A stretch of 64,000 nucleotides of DNA from Sphaerodactylus townsendi (taxonomy: Eukaryota). The stretch is from assembly GCF_021028975.2 (NCBI RefSeq), contig NC_059439.1:26350001-26414000 (forward strand), read 5' to 3'. Position 1 is the first letter of the stretch; every line of letters starts with the position of its first letter. This document shows, piece after piece, positions 48,074 through 61,158 of this stretch. The notes beneath the pieces were generated by a model. The model saw nothing but the letters and a program-made list of their open reading frames with translations, searched no databases and was not told the DNA's origin. The translations under genes were made by a program, and so were the position numbers.

Positions 48074-49529
48074 CTTGCCTCAAAGAAAGGGGGTAAGAGG
48101 GGGAGAGCCCCCGAGACCAAAATCGGGAGCCGAAAACTATGACGTGGCAGTCTTCGTCTTGAGGCTAACGCCGGGACATCAAAAAGGCTGGCACTGCCTA
48201 TGAAGAATGAAGCAACTTTAGAGAACAATTAGACATTAATCGGAATCACCCAACTATTCAATCCCTCGGTATTTTTGTAAGCCTCCTGAATGGGTCGGAA
48301 GAGAAAAATGGCCACTTGCTTACCCCCTGAAACTCACAATTAATAGGCCTTTCCTGACACACACACCCCCGCCCCACCAATTTCAGGACAAGCACTTTGA
48401 AATTCCCCACACAAAATTTGATCTTCATTTTAAAACTAATCCACCCCAGTTCTGTATGAAGCCAATGACGCCCGTTAGAATTTCCTCTAAGCACCGAGAC
48501 TTGAATTATAAGGAAAGGGATGCTTAAGAACATAAGAACAAGCCAGCTGGATCAGACCAAAGTCCATCTAGTCCAGCTCTCTGCTCCTCGCAGTGGCCCA
48601 CCAGGTGCCTTTGGGAGCTCACATGTAGGATGTGAACGCAATGGCCTTCTGCGGCTGTTGCTCCCGATCACCTGGTCTGTTAAGGCATTTGCAATCTCAG
48701 ATCAAGGAGGATCAAGACTGGTAGCCACAAATCGACTTCTCCTCCATAAATCTGTCCAAGCCCCTTTTAAAGCTATCCAGGTTAGTGGCCATCACCACCT
48801 CCTGTGGCAGCATATTCCAAACACCAGCCACACGTTGCGTGAAGAAGTGTTTCCTTTTATTAGTCCTAATTCTTCCCCCCAGCATTTTCAATGGATGCCC
48901 CCTGGTTCTAGTATTGTGAGAAAGAGAGAAAAATTTGCTTAATTGAATCAATGTCAATTCCAGTACTGGTAAGGGGAAATGCGGGGAAAGAGGAAGCAGC
49001 CTTCTAAGTTAACACCCCTGACTACAAGATGAACAGAACAGCAGACGGGGGAGGGGGAGAACAGCAGCCTTGTCTCCCCACGAACTGCATCTCAACAGCA
49101 GGGCAAACCACACTGACAGCCAAGTCCCCCACCGCCACTCAACCTCAAAGAATAAGCAGGGATTCCGCTCCTCAGTCCCCCATAATGTCAAAAATATGGG
49201 GGGGGCACAGTCATCGCCACAGCAATCCGAGCCCAGTGCTACCATCATCGGAGGAACCCTGTGGTCACCTGTAAACCGCACCCTCACCTTTGAATGGCAG
49301 TTATCTCTAAACCGGGGTATCCAACTCTGGCTCTCCACGGACTAGGATTCCCACCAGCCCCTGCCCCCTCCAGGCGTGCAAAGCAGGCAGAAACACCAAA
49401 AGGCCCTCCTTCTCATTTCTACACCCACGGTGAGCTTCACCTGTTGGATTTCACAGTGAAATCATATTACAGTTGAAGGATTGTTAAAGGTACCACGCCC
49501 CCCACCCCCGACCCCCGACCCTTCCCGCA

Positions 49530-49760
49530 CCTCACACACAACCCACCTTCAGGGCGCCATTGATTAAAAAAAGAACGAGGACGGAACCACGTGGCTTTTT
49601 TATACTTGCGCTCCTTCCCCGCCCCTTTCCGGATGGAACGCAGCGTCCGTCACGCTCCCGGTGTGCGCATGCGCTTAATTGAGGAACGGGCATGCAGAGC
49701 CTTCTGTCTGCCTGGCAGGGCGTTTCTCTGCTGCGCCTGCGTAAAGGAAGGCATTGGTGC
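49530..49760 (-). promoter_or_regulatory. Likely IMP3 promoter and 5' UTR exon
   Basis: CpG cluster; NRF1 site TGCGCATGCGC at 49664-49674; GC box; donor GAAG|GTGGGT; acceptor TTTCTTTGAG just before the IMP3 ATG. Confidence 0.6.
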
Positions 49761-52700
49761 GGAGGTGGAGCCACGTGGATGTACGTGGATGAGTGGGGTT
49801 TTTATGCCCTGCCAGTCTTCCGTTTGGAGTGTCAAGTTCAGCTCCAGGGGTTTATGCATCGCAGGAGTACAATTCTTATGTTGTTTTGAATGGCAGAAGT
49901 TAGGGTCTGGTTCACACTTGGAATCGAGAGGGGTATACATTTAATAAAATTAGCACATGTAGGGAAATGGTCCTAAGTTGCCTGTCCTTATTGCATGTGC
50001 AGAGAAACTGAAATGTGATAAGCCAGCGTGGTGGACTCTAATTTGGGTTTGATTCCCTACTCTCTTCCACATGATTGGTGGATTTTGAACCGGGAGAACT
50101 GGATTTGTTTCCCCACTCCTGCACATGAAGCCTGCTGGGCGACCTTGGACCAGTCACAGTTCTCTCAGAACTCTCTCAGCAAACACACACACACACACAC
50201 ACACCCCGGCCTCACCAGGTGTCTGCTATGTGGAGAGGAAAAGAAAGCCGTTTGTAAGCTGCTTCGAGACTCCTTACAGGAGAGAAAAGCAGGGTTTAAA
50301 AACCTCAGTCTGCCGCCCAGCGATGGTCTGCACAGACGTTTCCTGAACTGGGCAAATATATCACCCCCACCCCCACAACACTTTCAGGTCAAGAGAACAG
50401 TGTGGGAAGAATGCCACAACGAATCCCAATGATTTGCACTGTGAGCATTCAGTTAGTACAGTGATGGCGAACCTATGGCACGGGTGCCAGAGGTGGCACT
50501 CAGAGCCCTCTCTGTGGGCACGTGCAAACAGAGTACCCCCTCCCCACACTGGTCCGCTGGGCTCGATTATTAGCATTAAACCTAAGACCTAGTTTTGGGG
50601 AAGCAGTGTAGGTAACCCTGTTAAGCGCTGTTAAACTCCACTGATTTTCATGCGTAGAATTAAAGTGCGATCCTTTACCTGGGAGTAAGCTTGGTTGCTG
50701 GCAATGGGGCTTGCTTCTGAGTAAACCCTCCTAGGGTCGTGATTCACCCGTTGGAAGAGTTGCACGGTTGCTTCAAAGCAAAGCCCCCGACTACCACCAA
50801 GCTTACTCCTGAGTAATGCATGCCTCAGAGCCAACCATTTTTTCTAAACTAAAACCTCAGTATTCAGGTTAAATTGCCGTGTTGGCACTTTGCAATAAAT
50901 AAGTGGGTTTTGGGTTGCAATTTGGGCACTCGGTCTTGAAAAGGTTCGCCATCACTGAGTTAGTAGAACAGTTCAGTGGCCAGATATAATGTTTAGGCTG
51001 CCTTAAAAAGCCCAAGAGCCTGGCTTCTACAGGCAGTAGAATCCAAAGGTGGTATTGAGAACTATTTTGAGGAAATATGTACTGAGGTATTTTTAATTTG
51101 TGTGGTGTTGTGATCAGCAGTACCTCTTGTGCAAAGGCTGAAATCTTATGGTGCGTGTGGTGAGTGATTTACTTAAGGAGTTCCAAAGTCATCATAAGGT
51201 AAATTCTAGAGGGGGTAACTATTCTCCTATTAGCCTTGTTGCTACCAAAAATAACCTGAAATCTTGTGGCACAGTAAAGACTCATCAGTTCATTGTGGCG
51301 GTGTGCCTCTGACAATGTGGGCTCCGGATTACAAAAGCAGATGCCACAGTTCATTCTTTAGTCTTTATGGTGCCGCAAGGATCTTTCCTATTATCACAAA
51401 GTAAGTGTCTTTCAAGGCTGTATTCACAGGGAAAGGATCCAGGTAATTTCACCAGCAACAAAGCGTGCAAAAGGAAGTTCCGCGCACGTTTTCCTCAGTC
51501 AGCAACCATTTTTTTCTGCATCCCACCCCATACTCCCAGAGACCTTTTAAGACATTCATTGTGCAATAATGCCATCATGTTCCCTTGCTATGATCTACTC
51601 ATTCCTCGGCAATCCCAGCTTTCATTTCTTAAAAAGGAAACATCTGCCTTTTATCCCCTAAATGAAAAGGGCTATAGACTTTAAAAAAAAAAACCTTGAA
51701 AATTCAGAGGAACTAGTATATTGTGGAAATAGATTATGTTGTTATGCTGTAGTGTAATAATAGTTACTTATTAGATGGAAAGAAAACGGCACCAGTGTAG
51801 GTCAGACCTATGAAAATGTGTCCCTTCTTGTTTAGACCGCATGCTTCTGTGATTCGACTGCATTCTTTCTGGAAAGGTCGTCAGGTATGAGAAAGAACAT
51901 ACCAAGAATGGGGAAAGCTTAGAAAATGAACTATTAGAGAAAGTTGTGTGGAGCTAAAAAACAACAACCCCTCCCCTGTGTTTTGGAAGGCAAGGCAAAG
52001 AAAACTCTTGTGTCGATGCATGCTTTGAAAAACAAGCAAAGGGGGAGTTTTGTTTTGGGAAGGTAGATTGTTGCTGGCATTTGGAAGGACTAGAAAAACA
52101 GGAAAAAGAACACAGTCACATGGACTAGCATTCTCTTTGTCTTCCAATTTCTATCTAAATTTGGAAGCTGGAGGGGAGGATTGGTTGGCCTTCCACTGGT
52201 GCCCAGGCCAAGAGTGTAATAATGGCCCACAAAGGTTACAGTGATAAAGGGACCTTGAAAAGAGCATCACCAAAGGGTCTCTTCCAAAACAAACTCCCAA
52301 GGTTGTCTTCAAGTAAAAACATGCCAGCCGCGTTAGCTACTTTAGTAGGCGCGACTTTGGAGTAACTGACTAATCGAGTAACTGATTACTTCAAAATCCA
52401 AGGAACAGAGAATGGACGTGTCTTTTGCACTGAATTGGCAGAGGCCTTGCACAATGGCAGCAACAACCCCAAAACGTTTTGAAATTGGCAGGTGGTGTCG
52501 GGAGGCTTGCAATTTCCATCTTGAACGCCAGCTGTTGTACCAAGCGGATTGCAGCATGCCAACTCCCCAGAATGACGCGAAAGTGAAAAACAGCACTGTT
52601 GCCCTCATGCTTTTGAAATGAAGCAATGAGAAAAAAAATCTCTCCCAGGCTGTGTCCAGGTTCTAGAACTTCCAGAGCAAAAGTGCCCGTGATCCCCACT

Positions 52701-53300
52701 GCTTCTTGAATGGAAACCAAGCGGCAACTTGGATTTGAAGAAGAAGAAGAGGAGGAGGAGGAGGAGGAGGAGTTTGGATTTATATCTCCCCCTTTCTCTC
52801 CCGTAGGAGACTCAAAGGGGCTTACAATCTCCTTTCTCTTCCCCCCCCCCCCTCACAACAAACACCCTGTGAGGTGTTCCTTCCATTGAGTTGCTGTAAA
52901 GCTATATCTTCCTTGGCTATATCTGAGGCTCCTTCCACACATGCAGAATAATGCGCTTTCAATCCACTTTCAAGGCACTTTGCAGCTGCATTTTACTGTG
53001 CGAAATAGCAAAACCCACTTGCAAACAATTGTGAAAGTGGATTGAAAGTGCATTATTCTGCATGTGCTGTTTTGGTAAAGCTCTTGGGCCCCTAATAATA
53101 CCATTTGTTTCCTGGGACTTTCAGGGTAGGCTGCGGGCTTTAGGAGACTTCAGGCAGGGAATTCCCAAGGCCCAGGCCCAGCTCTCACCCTCATTCCCTC
53201 CCACCCATCTTCACGCCTGCTTACAAGACCCTCCACCGCCCATGCTGCCTGCAACCCCACAATCCTGTCTCTGGTAGCACTGGGAATTGCATGCCTATGG

Positions 53301-53537
53301 TAAGGTGACCAGATTGTCACCTGTTAAAACCGGGACGGGGGTGGGTGCGCGCGCGGGCCCGGCCGCAGGAGCGCACTGCCTTCTGGGGCGCTCCCCGGAT
53401 TCCCGCCCTGTGACAGAACGGGAAACGGGAGCGCCCCAGAAGGCAAAATCGGGACAGGTACAAAACCCCGGGGGACGTGGGACAGATCGGTGTAAGGCCG
53501 GACTGTCCCGCCAAAAGCGGGACGTCTGGTCACCTTA
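53301..53537. mobile_element. CpG-rich hAT (Blackjack-like) MITE
   Basis: TIRs TAAGGTGACCAGA / TCTGGTCACCTTA; TSD GCCTATGG. Confidence 0.85.
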
Positions 53538-55986
53538 GCCTATGGAATAATAGGAAGTGGGCTGGGGGGCTGGGGCTGGGGTGGGAGTTGGCTACAGTCA
53601 TCCTATAAACCCCAGACACTTGCAGTAGCGACCCCTGCAAGAAGCAACGAGCCAGTTTTGTTCTTTGAACCAGCCCAGGTAGCTCATGCTCTCAAAATGG
53701 CAGCACTAGCTGCTGAAACCAGAAACCTCCCCCAAAATAGACAGCTTATAAATTCCTGCCCCCACAGGCTGAGCCAGGCGACGGGTGTGGGAGATGGAGA
53801 GGGGGAAGGGGGCGATATTTATAGGTTTCGGCTACCACCGACGATCCAGATCAAAGGAAGATGGGGCGATGCCCAGCTCTTTCCCCTTTAGTTCCTTTCT
53901 CTGAGGACGGTGTGGGGTGCCCCCGGCTTTTGGTGTAGCCCAGGCCTTTTCCACACATGCAGAAGAATGCACTTCCAATCCACTTCCAATGCACTTTTGC
54001 AGCCATGCAGAATAGCAAGATCCACTTGCAAACAGTTGTGAAAGTGGATTGATGCAGGAGTGTAGTGATCTCCGGCGTATGGGCAGATTTATCCTGCTGA
54101 AGTCATTGGCGATCATACAGGGGAAGGGTAGGATTCTGTGTAGCTATCTTCCCAACACACAGAATACGACACAGAGTATACCAAATACTCTTCGGAGGTT
54201 CAAGATTTTGTTTCAGTGACTGCCCAATTCCCATGACTGTGGAGAGCAATCTCTCAAACCACGTGAGCGAATTTTTGCTCAAGGCCGAGGAATTAATAGG
54301 ACTCCCTGCGGTAAGGGGATGGAACCCACGGGGAAGTAGAAACTGGTCGCTTCTGTTCCCAGTCCTTGAAAAACTCCTAGGAAACGTTCCAAACGTTTCC
54401 CATCTTCCTTTTGTAATGCTTGCCAAAAACAAAACAAAAAACCCCAACAACCTCGAAATAAAACCACAAACACACAAACAAACGTGTGTTCGTACAGAAC
54501 AAAAAATTCCGAAATGCCAGCACAGAAACACACATGTATTAGCCGCTGGTTTAATTTTGTTGCTTTTACAACACCACGGGCGTCCTGGTTTTTAGATCTG
54601 TCTCAGTGGTACTTTAGTTTCGAATTTTAGACTCCCTTGGAGAAGGTGGCCCAAATAACGGCGGTGGGTTTTTACTCCTGGACAAAGAGAAAAATCTGGG
54701 GGCGAGGCCATCCCCGCCCTCTATTGCAACCTTAGTAAAACCTTTGAAATGTGCTGCCTGCCTGCCCGCATGTATGGCCTGGAATAGAAGAGCCACACTC
54801 CCCCAAGCTTTGGAAAAGGTCCAACGGTGCAGCTGTGGCAGCTGTCAGGGCGTGGGGAGGCCGGGAATGTGCCAGGACAGCACGTAGGAAACTGCTCTCT
54901 TGCCTGCCAGGGTCCCTTCGTGGCAAAGGTAGCCCTGGAAGGTGCTTCACAGTGGTGCCTCCGGGTCTCAGGGCGGCGGGGGGGGATATGAGATAACTGG
55001 AACCGATGGTTTACGCGGCAAAGGGTTAATCCCAGCATGCCCGTCACCCCCACCCTTGCCCTTCTGAAGTTTTGACATTTCCCAGCCAGGAACCTTCCAG
55101 GCCTAGTCCATCTTCCGCCAGCTCCCCTCTTTCCAGCCTCGGGGGATCTTCCTGGACTGAAAGCGGCGGCATGAAAGAAAAGGCGAAAGAGAAGGAGAAA
55201 GGAAGGAAAGGTGAGTGAACCTGGTGCCAGGGGACCAGGTGCAGGTGCGAGGAAAAAGGGGCGCGAAAAGGGGCGCAAAGAGAATAAAAGAGAGAGGGCA
55301 GAATGGGGAGGGAGGGAGGCTTTGGAAAGAGGGGGACGATCAGAGGGGGACACTACGCAAGGAGTGTCTTGTGGAAAAAGGTGCGAGCCGGTTGGCCAGA
55401 GCACTGGGTTCAAATTCCTCCTTGCTGGGCAAGTGGCTAGTGCTGATGGTCAGTTTTCCCTACGGGCGAAAATGAAACTGTCATGGCCTTATTCTACCTG
55501 CCTCCAGCATTTTCTGTCCAGACGAATAAGATAAAGAGGGGAGGTTTGCATCTTGAAAGTTCCCAAGGGATGGAGGTTTCTCAGTCCAGTCCTAATGAAA
55601 AAGGATGCCGGTTGTTTTGGAAATGCAGCGCACTGAAAGATATTGGGAGGAGGGGAGGAAGAAAAGCAGAAAGTGACAAAAGCGACGTGTACAGGTGCAA
55701 ACAGAAAAAATGTTTTTAAAGATTCTGTCTTGGGACAAAAGCCAGAGTAGTAAGTAGCCATGTGGCAACAGCATCAAAGAACCTTGTGGGGTACCATGAA
55801 GATGAGCAGTTTTCTTGGGCCCTATGCCACACACTATTATTGAGTATTGGACCTGACAGATTTGAGGGTTGAGGGAAAGTTTCCACAAGAAAAAGAAGGG
55901 TCTGCGTTAATCAGCAGGGCCAAACTGTTTATTATATTGCTATATGATACGCCTGGAGATTGTTGCCTTATTTCATGGTATATAGC

Positions 55987-56577
55987 CAGAGGTGGGATCC
56001 AGCAGGTTCTCACCAGTTCCCGAGAGTGGGTTACTAATTATTTGTGTGTGCCGAGAGGGGGTTACTAATTGGGTCTGCTTTTCCGTTAGAAATTCCATTA
56101 GGTCCAAAAATCATAAAGTCCTGTTGTTTCCTTTGTGGCTGGTTAGCGATGGTAGAAAACGGGATAATTCTCCCTGTTGGGCTGTTTTAAAAACATGTTT
56201 GAGAAATATGGTAAAGTTCCTTGTTTAAGAAAAGTATCCTTCTTTTGATTTCTAGAAACAAAATTAAGTATTTGAAAGTATTAAGTATTTGACAGGCAGT
56301 CAATTAGAGGAGAAGTAGTTGTTTCTGTTGGCAGTAGACGATAGGACTTGCTATAATGAGTTTAAATTATGGACAGAAAGATACCAGCTGGAAATTAGGA
56401 ACTTTTTTTAAAGTAAGAGTTTTTTACAGTAACAGAGAAATTATTAAATGCCCTCTCTCGAATCTCACGCCACGCCCCCATCAGCAATTCTCGGCCCCAG
56501 CCCCATTGGCGCTACGCCACTGTTTGAATCCCACCACCATGGGAACCGGTTACTAAAATTTTTGGATCCCACCACTG
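55987..56577. mobile_element. Non-autonomous hAT element
   Basis: Same TIRs as sister copies; flanked by a 36-bp direct repeat. Confidence 0.9.
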
Positions 56578-59500
56578 GCCTGGAGATTGTTCTCTTATTT
56601 CATGGTATATAGCTGACTATTCCCAGATAGACACACAGAAAGAAAGAAAAACTGTAATAGGGCCCCTTCCGCACATGCAGAATAATGCACTTTCAATCCA
56701 CTTTGAAGATGGAGTTTACTGTGCGCAATGCCAAAATCCACTTACAAACAACTGCAAACGTGGATTGAGTGTGCATTATTCTGCATGCGTAGTAGAAGAG
56801 GAGGAACGAATCACTGGTTTGAGGGATGGGGAAGAGAAGTTATAAACCTAATAATAACTTGTAAAAAGAGACGTCAAGAGAAGGAAACGGCACACTTGGG
56901 GAAGAGCGGACAGAGAAAGAAATCAAAACGAAAGGAAGGAGGATGGGGATTAGGTTACATGTTAAAGGGAGAGTCTTTGGAGATGGATGAATAAACAGTA
57001 GATTGAGCTGGACGAAGTTAGCGCAAGGGAGGGAGGCGCTGTGAATTAGTGAGTGTGGCAGGCACGGATGGAGAACTTGCGAGCGGTGGGAATGTGAGAG
57101 AGACAGCAACAGAGGCAGAGCCGCACAGCTAAGTCCTCCTTGGCACCTGCCCCATGTTTCTCTCCTCTCCCCTCCGCTGTCCTACCCACTTGGAGGAGAG
57201 TTGCCACCATCTGTTGATTTGGGGGCACGAAGAGACAGGATGGGTGCCCCTTCAGAGGGTAAGTTTCCTTTATTCCCAGCAGGGAGGAGAATTTCTGGGC
57301 ATTTGTTGAGGAAAAAGGAAATGGGACGGTAGGAAAAAAATTAAGTTGGGAGTCCAGAAACTGCAGGGGATACACTAGAAGTGTATGAAAACAGAGAATG
57401 GGAGGGAGTCCATGAGCTGGGGTGAAATTGGGCAGGGGGGCTAACCGGTCTCTCACAACTCATGGAAGAGAGGCATATAATATTCATTTTCTAGGAACTG
57501 TCCCCATCATTCCGCCAAAATCACATTTCGATCTGTTTTGAGGGCTGCGGTGGTGGTCAAGATTAGTTGAAGGGGGACAGAAAAAAATTGAAGGAAAACC
57601 TACAGCTGTGGATTGAATTAAAAATTATGGATTTTGAGCGGGGCTGTGGAATAGATGCTTGTGAGCAGTTTCCAGTTTGTAGGGAGCTGGTTGAGACTGG
57701 GACAGCTGGGCACGTTGGCTGTGGACTTTGTGGATTTCAGATGCAGCGACCGTGATGTGGCACAGGAGAAAATATTTGGGAGGTAACTAAGTAGTAAGTT
57801 CAACGCAAGGGCTATTTGGAGGCACTTCTGGTCCATTCCTCCGTCTCTGGAGTAAACCAAAGATGCACCACTGGATTGTGTGTCCTTTTGGGGCTATTTT
57901 AGGGGTAGCTGCAAAACGCAAGGTTGTGTGGGGGAGGGGGCTCGGGTTTGTGGAGGTTTCTTAAGAAATCCATTTCGACTTGGGGGGAAATGTATCTTTA
58001 AAGGCCCTGGATGGATGCTTTTGTGGGGAGAGGTTAAGTTGTTCCGCAATGGTGCAATCTTGAAGATGTCTAGAAACAGCTATTGAAAGCTGCTGAAGGG
58101 GGGGGGGGGAATGGAGCAAGTTAATCTGGCCGAATTTTGCCTAGGTTTGACCAGGGACATCTAAAGTCTCATAGGCCATTGCGAGACCATTTACCCCTCA
58201 TTGGGTGGTTTGTGCTTTCAGAGAAAAATGCAGAAAACTGGGTCTGTTTGCAAACAGGCAGATTCAGAAATGCTGAGCTGTACTGAGAGAGCAGCCCTTC
58301 GAAACTTTAGGAAGGAAGGAGGAGGTGACCCCAATTTGGCAGCTCCACCCCCACCCCCGCTCCCATTTTTCATCTTTCTTTTGCATTCCTCACTTTCCTG
58401 GATGGAAACCGAAAATTCCTTAAAGCCAGGTTAGGAAAGGCAGAGCGGAGCCGATTTCCTCACAACACACCCCGAACCATCCTCCCCAGCCCAGATGTCC
58501 TCCTGCCAACCACAGCTGGACCGGCCTTCTTCCCTCCCCAACATTTTTCCAGCTTTTCAGGCTTTACGGAAAAACCAACCGGAGCCAAAAATGGAATTAA
58601 AACACAGGGACGGATCCTAATGCTGAGAAGGGGAAGAGAAGCTGAAATGCAGCTGGGGCCAAGCAGTAGGGAGAAGAAGGCCTGTGTACCAAAAACACAC
58701 CCTTCCCCAGATAAAGGGGGCCTGGGATGGGAATAAGTTTGGCATCCAAAATGTCTGATTATTATTTTTTTTGGAACAGCAGTATTTAAGTTGTGGGATA
58801 TTCAGTGCATATCATATACATCATATATATCATATACAGTGCATTGCATATACAATGCAATACTGAATATTGTTTATTTATTTGCTTCATTTAAATCCCA
58901 CGTTTCTCCCCAGTGGGCAGGGTCTGAGATCAATATCCCCTGAGGTAGGGCAGCTGCCAAAACCAGGATCTCTGGTGGGGCACACTGCTACAGATCCTCA
59001 CCCACGCACCCCCTCTGCCACCTGCCTGCGCCCGTTCTCCGAACTGTGTAGTGTCATTGAAGAAGGGCACGTGACTGGTACCCTGTGGTGGCCCTCCCAC
59101 GGCCAGTGCTGTTGGTCAAAGGGTGTGCAGGCCCCTGAACATGGGCTGCCATCGGGCTTGGAAGCAGGAAAAGGGTGTAGCCATTTCATGTCATGTTAAG
59201 GGAAGCTGTACCTGGTGAATTTCTGCCTGAGGCTGCTGTTCAGAGCACAGGGCAAGAGACGGCAGTGATAATGATGGGTTGAATCCAACAAGCCATTCTG
59301 CCGGTGAGGAGGAGGAGGAGGAGGAGTTTGGATTTATATCCCCCCTGTCTCTCCTGCAGGAGACTCAAAGGGCCTTACAATCTCCTTGCCCTTCCCCCCT
59401 CACAACAAACACCCTATGAGGTAGGTGGGGCTGAGAGAGCTCCGAGAAGCTGTGACTAGCCCAAGTTCACCCAGCTGGCGTGTGTGGGAGTGTACAGGCT

Positions 59501-60046
59501 AATCTGAATTCCCCAGATAAGCCTCAGGTGGCAGAGCGGGGAATCAAACCCGGTTCCTCCAGATTAGATACACGAGCTCTTAACCTCCTATGCCACTGCT
59601 GGGCAGTCTCTTTTGGTAACCCCAGAATATGCTGGGGTTAATGAACACAAACTGGGTAATAAAGAGAGGGAAAGGGCAAAATTTCATGAGAAAGCCGGCC
59701 GGATCCAACTCTTACGTTACATGGCATTTTTATGAGCTCAAATAAAGAAGGGTATAACAGTGCCTTTTTAGAGCTGAAATGAATTTTTCAGTGGAAAGAG
59801 AAAATCTTATTTGAATTGGCTGTGGGAAAAAATGATACCTTCGTCATTTACGTTCTGCAAGAGTGCCAGTCAATGAACGAAGTTAGTTGTGCTCGGTGGT
59901 GGTTGTGGAAAGTGACATCAAGTCGAAATTGACATATGGCGTCCCCATCGGGTTTTCAAGAGATATTCAGCTGTGGTTTGCCATTCGTTGCCTTCCTCTG
60001 CATAGGGACCCTGGTATTCCTTGGTGGTCTCCTATCCAAGTACATA

Positions 60047-60403
60047 GGAGCAGCAGGGGCGTAGGAGGTTAAGAACTCGTGTATCTAATCTGGAGGAACC
60101 GGGTTTGATTCCCAGCTCTGCCGCCTGAGCTGTGGAGGCTTATCTGGGGAATTCAGATTAGCCTGTGCACTCCCACACACGCCAGCTGGGTGACCTTGGG
60201 CTAGTCACAGCTTCTCGGAGCTCTCTCAGCCCCACCTACTTCACAAGGTGTTTGTTGTGAGGGGGGAAGGGCAAGGAGATTGTCAGCCCCTTTGAGTCTC
60301 CTGCAGGAGAGAAAGGGGGGATATAAATCCAAACTCCTCCTCCTCCTCCTCCTCCTCCTCCTCTTCTTCTCCTTCTCCTTCTCCTTCTCCTTCTTCTTCT
60401 TCT
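60047..60403 (+). mobile_element. Squam3/MIR-like SINE with (CTC/CTT)n tail
   Basis: Full-length, near-consensus copy. Confidence 0.88.
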
Positions 60404-60792
60404 TAACCCTGCTTAGCGTCTGAGATCTGAAGAGATCAGGTTAGCCTGATCCATCCAGTTCAGGGCAAAGAGGTAGGAGTTATTTTTTTAAAAAGCATAA
60501 AATTTTGAATTTCAAAAACTCAAGATTAATCTCAGGAATACCAGATGCCCCAGGCTAATGTTACCAAAAGAAGTGGGGGTCAAAATCTGGAATTACATCT
60601 GATTTTCATAGAGTTCAATTTCCCTGCAAGGAAGGGCTGCTTTGGGTGCTGGATTGTATGGCATTATGCCCCACGGAGTCCCCTGCTCCCCAAAACCCTG
60701 TTCTCCCCAGGTACACCCCCAAACATCCAGAAATTTTCAACCTGGAGTTGGCAACCCCACAAACCAGGCCTGGCAATTGCTACCGGGTTGAC

Positions 60793-61158
60793 AGAAGAAG
60801 AAGAAGAAGAAGAAGAAGAAGAAGAAGAAGAAGAAGAAGAAGAAGAAGAAGAAGAAGAAGAAGAAGAAGAAGAGTTTGGATTTATATCCCCCCTTTCTCT
60901 CCTGCGGGAGACTCAAAGGGGCTTACAATCTCCTTGCCCTTCCCCCCCTCACAACAAACACCCTGTGAAGTAGGTGGGGCTGAGAGAGCTCCGAGAAGCT
61001 GGCTAGCCCAAGGTCACCCAGCTGGCGTGTGTAGGAGCGTACAGGCTAATCTGAATTCCCCAAATAAGCCTCCACAGCTCAGGCGGCAGAGCTGGGAATC
61101 AAACCCGGTTCCTCCAGATTAGATACACGAGCTCTTAACCTCCTACGCCACTGCTGCT
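60793..61158 (-). mobile_element. Squam3/MIR-like SINE with long (GAA)n tail
   Basis: About 26 pure GAA units then SINE body. Confidence 0.88.

Noticed and set aside
54721-55413. 230-aa minus-strand ORF
   Set aside because: Low-complexity, no recognisable domain or start context
60545-61122. Poly-Glu and poly-Arg ORFs
   Set aside because: Translation of the GAA microsatellite
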